A stretch of 64,000 nucleotides of DNA from a virus. Its lineage: Duplodnaviria > Caudoviricetes. The notes under the pieces were generated by a model. It had not been told where the DNA came from, searched no databases, and saw only the letters and a list, made by a program, of their open reading frames with translations. Below, piece after piece: positions 58,293-64,000 of the stretch. The translations under genes were made by a program, and so were the position numbers. The DNA lies in IMG/VR virus record IMGVR_UViG_3300031414_000007, positions 32,001 through 96,000 of that record. One strand, written 5' to 3'. Within the stretch, counting starts at the first letter, position 1; each line of letters begins with the position of its first letter.

Positions 58293-59752
58293 TGGTTCAT
58301 CTTCCTTTCGCTATAGGTGATATTGATGCGAAGGTTACGCAGCGCAACATATTCCAGCACGGTGTTAGGGATGATATCCTGAACAGGGCTTTCAATGTTG
58401 CAGTAATCGACTTCTGGTCGACGCGCAGGACGGTCTGGGTCAGTCCAGTCATACAGAACACGGTCTGTTATGTCAGACATTGCGAGACGTTTACCCAGCA
58501 GACCTGGACGACGTTCAAACAGTTTAAGCACCGATTGCTCAAGAACGGCCTGATTAGACTCACGCGTACCAGGAGCATCGGCATAAAGAGCCACATTCAG
58601 AATGCAGTCGATTTGCAGCTTATCTGGATTCCATGCCTGCACATCAAGAGGGCTATTGAATTGAGCCAGCCAGTTCAGGAATTTATTCCATTGCGCAGAG
58701 CTTGGGTTAGGATTGATGCCCCCCCAGGTGCTTGTGTTACGAGGCAGAACAGCGACGCGCACAACACCTTGCCACTCTTTATCGTTTGGTGCAATCTCTG
58801 CCTGACCCTGAACGACCACATCTGCAACGTCTGGATAGAGTGCGATAGCAGCTTTCCATTCATCACGACGAATCAGCTTCTTGCGACTGCGGCCAACGAT
58901 AGGTGCGTAGTTGCGGTAGTAGTCGACAGGCGTTTCATCAGAGCCTCCTAAGATAGCGCTTACTGTTTTACCCTGCAACTGAGAGTTAGACAGGCACTGT
59001 ACCTTCAGGCCGATACTGTCTGTGTTACCACTAGCGCCAAGCGACTTGATACCCTGCACCTTCATCGTGTAGCCTGCTGGTGGCTGTGCGCCCCACTGCT
59101 CACCACCAAACTGAATCTCAACGTCACCTTCATCGGTTGTTACATCGAGAAAGATTTGCTGTTCTGCGTATGCTTCGAACAGGCATTTGTTGAAACGCTG
59201 ATACTCAATCTTAGTGCCAGTCGGATGCTCAAACCAAACACGTAAGTCATCAGTCAGTTGGAAGTTCTCAGTGCCTAGCTTAATCGACATATAATCAATT
59301 GGCTGAGGAACAATCTGGCTGAACGTAAACACTTCACCAATGATGAAGTCCACGTTCTTTATTTCGCCTGGTTCCCACTGCGTTACTTCTGCCAGCAGTG
59401 CATTGAAGTTACCGATAGTGAACGGTGTGTTTTTATCGTATGACTGTTTCACTGAACTCAGGTTAACAACAGCCGCAGTTACCGTAGACACAGACTTGCG
59501 ACCAATATCCACACCAAGATAACGAGCGTTAGCAAGGATAGAGGTGTTGCGTCGAGCCAAACGACTAAATGCTTCACGCGCAGCAATCAGGGAAGCATAG
59601 GCATTCGTTACACCAAGGTCACCCAGTGCGTCGGCAAGTAACGCAGTCAGTGAGCTTACCTGACTGTCCGTCCAATAGCTGGACTTATTGATACGACTCA
59701 GGAAGTCTTTCGCAAACTCCTCATGAGTCGTGTATGTGTTAAGCATGGACAT
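58289..59752 (-). CDS. baseplate wedge subunit (T4 gp6 / baseplate J-like)
   Basis: SILANARYLG, IQFGG-QWG-QPP-G, GGSDETP-D-YR-YAP, LIRRDEW motifs. Confidence 0.85.
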   Translation of the reverse strand: MSMLNTYTTHEEFAKDFLSRINKSSYWTDSQVSSLTALLADALGDLGVTNAYASLIAAREAFSRLARRNTSILANARYLGVDIGRKSVSTVTAAVVNLSSVKQSYDKNTPFTIGNFNALLAEVTQWEPGEIKNVDFIIGEVFTFSQIVPQPIDYMSIKLGTENFQLTDDLRVWFEHPTGTKIEYQRFNKCLFEAYAEQQIFLDVTTDEGDVEIQFGGEQWGAQPPAGYTMKVQGIKSLGASGNTDSIGLKVQCLSNSQLQGKTVSAILGGSDETPVDYYRNYAPIVGRSRKKLIRRDEWKAAIALYPDVADVVVQGQAEIAPNDKEWQGVVRVAVLPRNTSTWGGINPNPSSAQWNKFLNWLAQFNSPLDVQAWNPDKLQIDCILNVALYADAPGTRESNQAVLEQSVLKLFERRPGLLGKRLAMSDITDRVLYDWTDPDRPARRPEVDYCNIESPVQDIIPNTVLEYVALRNLRINITYSERKMNQ

Positions 59753-59753
59753 G

Positions 59754-60176
59754 TTACTGTGCCCTCATTGCAAACGTAATTGATTGTTTGTCTTCGAGCT
59801 TAGGACAACGCCATGTGATTACACACACGTAGGTCTGCTCGTATTGATCGCTCATGGTGCAGGCTGTCTTGACGCTGGTTACGTCCTGCGTGAGACCGTT
59901 GTATGGGTCTTCTAGGGCAAGACGCATGTACGTTGCAATCCAGTCAGCCGTTGTTTGATCGAACGGCTCAAACAGATACTGATATACATCGGCACCGAAG
60001 TTCTCACGCCATTTGCGAGACTTCTTACGCGTACCGATTACCATCAGTATCTTCTGGACGATGCTGTCCATGTTCTGCACGTTATCGCGCGGTTCAAGTT
60101 GAATCCACGCATTAATATCACAATAGATGCGCTCGCTAATCGGCACATCTATCAGACGAACTCCGATTCCAGCCAT
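59754..60176 (-). CDS. baseplate wedge subunit, gp25-like
   Basis: SIVQKILMVIGT-K-SR-WR-NFG-DV-QYLFEP-D. Confidence 0.88.
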   Translation of the reverse strand: MAGIGVRLIDVPISERIYCDINAWIQLEPRDNVQNMDSIVQKILMVIGTRKKSRKWRENFGADVYQYLFEPFDQTTADWIATYMRLALEDPYNGLTQDVTSVKTACTMSDQYEQTYVCVITWRCPKLEDKQSITFAMRAQ

Positions 60177-60466
60177 TAGCCAAATCTCACATTAGAACTA
60201 CCACTCGAAGCTGTGTCGCCGCAACTGTTAGCGTCACCAGCACGTTGCGCAGGCTTACCGTTGACACGCACACTAGAACTTGAAGTAGCTTTCCCGACAT
60301 GAGGAGGCTTCTTTGGTTTCCAGTGAGGACGATAACTATCGCCTTGACGAACACTCCCTTTTCCATTCACAAGCACGTTAGAAGATGCCTGAGCAGGGAC
60401 AACAGGAAAATAACCATTGTGTCCAGTAGACAGATCTGTGCCTAAACGAATAGCTTTCTGACCCAT
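60176..60466 (-). CDS. PAAR-repeat tail spike tip protein
   Basis: LSTGH...ASSNVLVNG...RQGD...H...VNGKPAQRAGD...CG...GSSNV. Confidence 0.9.
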   Translation of the reverse strand: MGQKAIRLGTDLSTGHNGYFPVVPAQASSNVLVNGKGSVRQGDSYRPHWKPKKPPHVGKATSSSSVRVNGKPAQRAGDANSCGDTASSGSSNVRFG

Positions 60467-60489
60467 GTTAATTCTCCTCTGTTAGGCAC

Positions 60490-60495
60490 AAATTA
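60490..60495 (-). promoter_or_regulatory. TAATTT late-promoter-like motif upstream of PAAR
   Basis: Same hexamer starts 28-41 nt upstream of several structural gene starts, usually just after a hairpin. Confidence 0.55.
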
Positions 60496-60511
60496 GCTTG
60501 TTATGCAGTAG

Positions 60512-60546
60512 AAACGAAAACGGGCAACCCGAAGGCCGCCCGTTTT
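60512..60546 (-). terminator. intrinsic terminator closing the large RNA
   Basis: GGGCGGCC-TTCG-GGTTGCCC-GTTTTCGTTT; G-U pairs valid only on - strand. Confidence 0.85.
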
Positions 60547-60576
60547 CTTTGCTTGGATTTGTGTCGCTTAACTCCC

Positions 60577-60735
60577 TCACACCCGAAGCGAGTGCTCGGT
60601 AGCCGAAGCCACTAAGCCGGAGTTAATGGCCGAGAGTGAAGCCGCACGGCGCGGCAACAGCATGTGACTCTCGGGACCAGATAGCAAGCGACCAAGCATC
60701 GCAATTGCTATCAACGACACGAAGAACAAAATCAT
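60577..60735 (-). CDS. 52-aa sORF with hydrophobic N-terminus inside the structured RNA
   Basis: AGGAG-caaac-ATG; MILFFVSLIAIAMLGRLLSGPESH...HSLRV. Confidence 0.45.
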   Translation of the reverse strand: MILFFVSLIAIAMLGRLLSGPESHMLLPRRAASLSAINSGLVASATEHSLRV

Positions 60736-61791
60736 GTTTGCTCCTGTGTCTCTACTGTAAGGTAAAACATTTGCAAATGTCGATCAAGTTACTTCAAGTT
60801 GCCCTTCGCCCAACTTCACTAGGGTTTCAACTCTCTTTCTCTCGTTACCGCCTGGGTTGCGGAGACCGCGCACAAGAACAACGCTTCAACGATACGTGGG
60901 CAGGAAGACACGTACCGTATTCACATCGCTCAAGCGAAGGAGGTTACCCATCGGTGATCTGCGGTGGTTAATACACTCTTTAACAATCGCTCTTGTTGTG
61001 CATTAGATCGTGGTAGGAACGCGATTGACCGCTAACAAGTCCTATACGATATTTCACTACCCGAGAATGGGTATCAGCTATGGCAGCACGTCAACAGCAG
61101 CGGGGCAGCGGACACACTCCATTAAGCATTGTTAAGGGCAATGCTCAACAGGCTGTGAACAGCTTTGACCAAATGCAGAGTCGCTCGTCGCCCGACTTCA
61201 CTTGAGTATCTCGTCTGCACTCTTTTACTCCCTGAATACCGTACAAGGAAGACGGCACCCATGAGGGTCTGCGGATGTTTATCACATTAAGACTCTAGCC
61301 AACTTAATCCCGTACGCAGTGTGTTGAGTCGTCCGCTGGATGACACACTACATACCCCCTCACGTTCGTGCATAAGTGGGATATAGCTGGTGGAAGGTTG
61401 TCATGAAGATTGCATCGCCTGGAGGCCTGCCGTTCTTCCCAATGCACACACGGTGAAAGGCATATGTGCATCAGGCAGCGTAGCTGCAAACTGCTATCCC
61501 GATAAGAGGGGCCACAACGTTGAGAGTACGTTCCGCCTGTCTTACGCGCCTAGAGGCAACTGCCGTGCCATGTCTGAAAAGAATGAAAAACGCTGGGCCT
61601 TGTGAGCGTCAGCAGCAGAGCAGCAGTCTATCGCGTGGGTGCTGGGGTTAATCCTCACGATTACAGAGCATCACACTCTAACCAGCTGGAGGCTTGCCTA
61701 CTGTGGAACGCAGCGACAAGTTTACAGTCAAACAACGTCCGCTAAGTACGCCATCTGACTGGGACAAGTTGATATTACTATCTGCAATTTT

Positions 61792-61803
61792 TATTTACAG
61801 ATT
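61792..61803 (-). promoter_or_regulatory. AATCTGTAAATA motif, copy 4 (putative promoter of the large RNA)
   Basis: Exact reverse-complement match directly after the stop codon of 61804-63567. Confidence 0.7.
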
Positions 61804-63567
61804 TTAGAACGCCTTACGCTCAATATTTGAATAAAGAGTATCGTAAGGTTCTGAGTACAGTTCAGGTCCGCGTTGTGCGCGAATCGTCACGTAGCCTGTG
61901 TGACGGTTGAACGCTGTGATTTCGACAGTCGGCTGTTTAGGCTTGATAGTCGCATAAATCGGAGCATTCAACGTTGGCTCGTCTGTCTGAATCTTATTTA
62001 CAGATTGCAGTGCAGCGCCAGAGATAGCAGGCAGATTAAAACGCAGTTCAGCACGTTTCTGGCCGAATGCCGCGCGAATCATACCGTTCTCCAACTCTAC
62101 ACCGTTCTGCTTGAGATATGCAGCGATGCGACGTCCGATACCAGTAAGCTGATCGCGAGTGCGCGGGTCAAACGTGCCTTCGAAGCTGATTGCTTCTGCT
62201 GGCTGACGTACAGACAAGTGCAGGCCCGTGTTGAAATAGCCTTCGGTAAGCAGACGCAGGATTTCTTTCACGACCTCTTTGGTGTTCGTCTTGATAGCAG
62301 CGATACGCAGCTCAGGAACGTCCACTTTAATCGGGTCACGAAGCTCGGTCTGGTTGTCCATATAGCCGAGTGAGATATGCTTCGCATTGGCATACGTGTG
62401 TTGCAGCACACCAGTCGCGCGAATCAATACAGAGCCACCTTTTGCGAGGTCATAAAGTTCATCGCTGGTGGTTGTGCTGAACAGGTAATAGTCCGTAGGT
62501 ACGGCCATGCGATTAACAGCTTCAATCGCTTTGGTCTGAGCTTCTTTGACAGTTGAGCCAAAGACTACGCGACTACGATTCGGCTGGGCAGCAGATACAG
62601 GGAAAAACGCACCATAGACAACGCTAACGTTTTTCTTAATCGGACGCTCAGACTGAATCTTCTTACCGCCAGGCAGAGACGGTAGCTTAACGCCCACCAG
62701 CTTACCTTTGACGATAGCTTTGTTCTCTTTTACCGGCTTGAGGCTGTCAATGAGTTTCGCCAGATCAGCACCGCTAAGAATCTTCTCCAGCGGAACAGCG
62801 AGGTTCTGCGGCAGATAGTGTTTCTTGCGGAACATATAGATAACGGTGTCTTTCTTGATCTGCACTGGCGTAGCCATGTTGCGACCAACAACACCGACCG
62901 GCTGGAACGTGTTTGCTTTGTCATCACCGATAGAGCCGAACTGCTTAGTGAACTCAGTCTGGCCGATGATGTTAGCAGCACGTAAATGGCCACGAATGAT
63001 GAACACGATTTTCGGGTCATCTTTCATGCGCAACTCGTAGCGGTCACGGTTCAGATAAACCATGCTGTACTTGTCGCCTTTCTCCAGCTCCAGATCGTAC
63101 TCGTCGTTAGCGTCATCAACAACGACTTTCTTACCTACGTAGGTACCGTAAGTGCGCGGGCCAGCAGACTCAGAAGCAATCTGCAATGCTTTGCCACTGT
63201 TAGACAGAGAGGCAGCGAAGTCCATAACAGCGGGCATCAGGTCTAAAGACGATGCTACAGCGTATGGCTTGCGCTTCTCACCAAGATGCAAATGAACAGC
63301 GCTACTGCTGGACATGAATACGGTTGTGCCTACATCTTCGTGTGTACCAGCGAAGTGCATACCGCTAATACGTTCGATGATGTTTGCGTTGAGCGATTGG
63401 AAGTTTACTTCGCTGCCTGCGGTGAAGTCATAAATTTCACCGTTACGCCACGCATAGGCAACGTTGTTTGAGCTTAGACCCACGAACGCATCACCCAACT
63501 GACGCACGGTCAATGGCATGATGCTCAGGTCACGAATAATCGAGGACTGCTTTTGAATGAGGTTCAT
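61804..63567 (-). CDS. hypothetical protein, likely virion-associated
   Basis: 587-aa ORF, AGGGA RBS, in structural block. Confidence 0.78.
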   Translation of the reverse strand: MNLIQKQSSIIRDLSIMPLTVRQLGDAFVGLSSNNVAYAWRNGEIYDFTAGSEVNFQSLNANIIERISGMHFAGTHEDVGTTVFMSSSSAVHLHLGEKRKPYAVASSLDLMPAVMDFAASLSNSGKALQIASESAGPRTYGTYVGKKVVVDDANDEYDLELEKGDKYSMVYLNRDRYELRMKDDPKIVFIIRGHLRAANIIGQTEFTKQFGSIGDDKANTFQPVGVVGRNMATPVQIKKDTVIYMFRKKHYLPQNLAVPLEKILSGADLAKLIDSLKPVKENKAIVKGKLVGVKLPSLPGGKKIQSERPIKKNVSVVYGAFFPVSAAQPNRSRVVFGSTVKEAQTKAIEAVNRMAVPTDYYLFSTTTSDELYDLAKGGSVLIRATGVLQHTYANAKHISLGYMDNQTELRDPIKVDVPELRIAAIKTNTKEVVKEILRLLTEGYFNTGLHLSVRQPAEAISFEGTFDPRTRDQLTGIGRRIAAYLKQNGVELENGMIRAAFGQKRAELRFNLPAISGAALQSVNKIQTDEPTLNAPIYATIKPKQPTVEITAFNRHTGYVTIRAQRGPELYSEPYDTLYSNIERKAF

Positions 63568-63575
63568 ATAAATCC

Positions 63576-63986
63576 CTAATACGAAACAATGCGGAAGGCG
63601 TTCTGCTTGAGCAGGTTGAGATTACCCAGCATCAGGCTATACGCAAGAGTACCGTGCTGTTCAATCAGACTGTCAGGTACAATTGACCCGAAGTAAAGAG
63701 CTTTGTCTGGCCGAACATTAATCTCTTCGCCTGTAGACTTCATTGCGTCAGGGACAACGAAGCACCACGGTTCAGCAACGTACTTACCTTTGACGTACTG
63801 AATCCTATAACCAACAGCCATGTGCTGGTCTTTGGTAGGACGGTACGCGAAAACATCCGTGTTCTGCTTACGCGATTTGCGGACCGAGAACAGAGCCATA
63901 GTGAGGAAGCGCTGTTCGAACTGCGGTATAAACGCGTTGTCTTCGCAAATCTTTTTTAGTACCGCCTCTTGTCGTGCGCGAGGCAT
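63576..63986 (-). CDS. hypothetical protein
   Basis: 136-aa ORF co-oriented with structural genes. Confidence 0.68.
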   Translation of the reverse strand: MPRARQEAVLKKICEDNAFIPQFEQRFLTMALFSVRKSRKQNTDVFAYRPTKDQHMAVGYRIQYVKGKYVAEPWCFVVPDAMKSTGEEINVRPDKALYFGSIVPDSLIEQHGTLAYSLMLGNLNLLKQNAFRIVSY

Positions 63987-64000
63987 CGACGCGTAGAGGT

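Larger units (their letters stand above)
60512..61790 (-). ncRNA. candidate giant structured RNA (about 1.27 kb)
   Basis: No convincing long ORF; promoter-like motif at 61803-61792; terminator at 60546-60512; many 9-13 bp helices with - strand G-U pairs; GNRA and UUCG loops. Confidence 0.7.

Noticed and set aside
60767-60780. Perfect 14-bp palindrome ACATTTGCAAATGT as an operator
   Set aside because: Single copy, and equally explained as a hairpin of the large RNA; no cognate regulator in the window.
61286-61310. tRNA D-loop-like AGUUGGCUAGAG on the - strand
   Set aside because: No anticodon arm, T-arm or acceptor stem around it.
60636-61605. ORF-track calls 60636-60971, 61304-61489 and 61390-61605 as genes
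   Set aside because: No RBS, atypical composition, and they overlap the structured-RNA helices.
60512-61790. Group I or group II intron, RNase P or tmRNA identity for the large RNA
   Set aside because: No convincing P7/S element, domain V, GAGGAAAGUCC or tRNA-like ends, and no interrupted flanking gene. AUCCGCAG and a + strand GCAA loop are only partial resemblances.
60512-61790. Naming the RNA as GOLLD or ROOL
   Set aside because: Cannot be established without a covariance-model search, so it is left as an unassigned candidate.
1-64000. CRISPR array, tRNA genes, integrase or transposase
   Set aside because: No regularly spaced direct repeats, cloverleafs or recombinase motifs seen. The repeats at 43-51 kb are collagen codons.

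Overview
This window is a 64-kb fragment of a lytic jumbo myovirus. The T4-like baseplate, PAAR spike and lipoprotein spanin point to a Gram-negative host, probably a gammaproteobacterium (inference). Bases 1-20.9 kb are a + strand run of accessory and nucleotide-metabolism genes: thymidylate synthase, two MazG-like proteins, a Mesh1/SpoT-like HD hydrolase, ASCH, DUF4326, and a ParB-like gene coupled to a C5 DNA methyltransferase with an intein at its catalytic Cys. They converge at a bidirectional terminator (about 20.9 kb) with a - strand morphogenesis block. That block holds a holin/spanin cassette, an array of about 15 paralogous fibre-like genes (long/short pairs, with lectin-like inserts), a membrane/periplasmic four-gene module, four collagen-like fibres with a conserved Cys register (one ending in a Hint domain), an ILEI-domain fibre, baseplate wedge genes and PAAR. 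The top observation is a 1.27-kb interval with no convincing long ORF (about 60,512-61,790). It has its own copy of a repeated 12-bp promoter-like motif, its own UUCG terminator, and many helices whose G-U pairs and tetraloops favour the - strand. It is a candidate giant structured RNA ending in a 52-codon hydrophobic sORF under an SD-sequestering fold. All family assignments come from motif recognition by eye; no searches were run.
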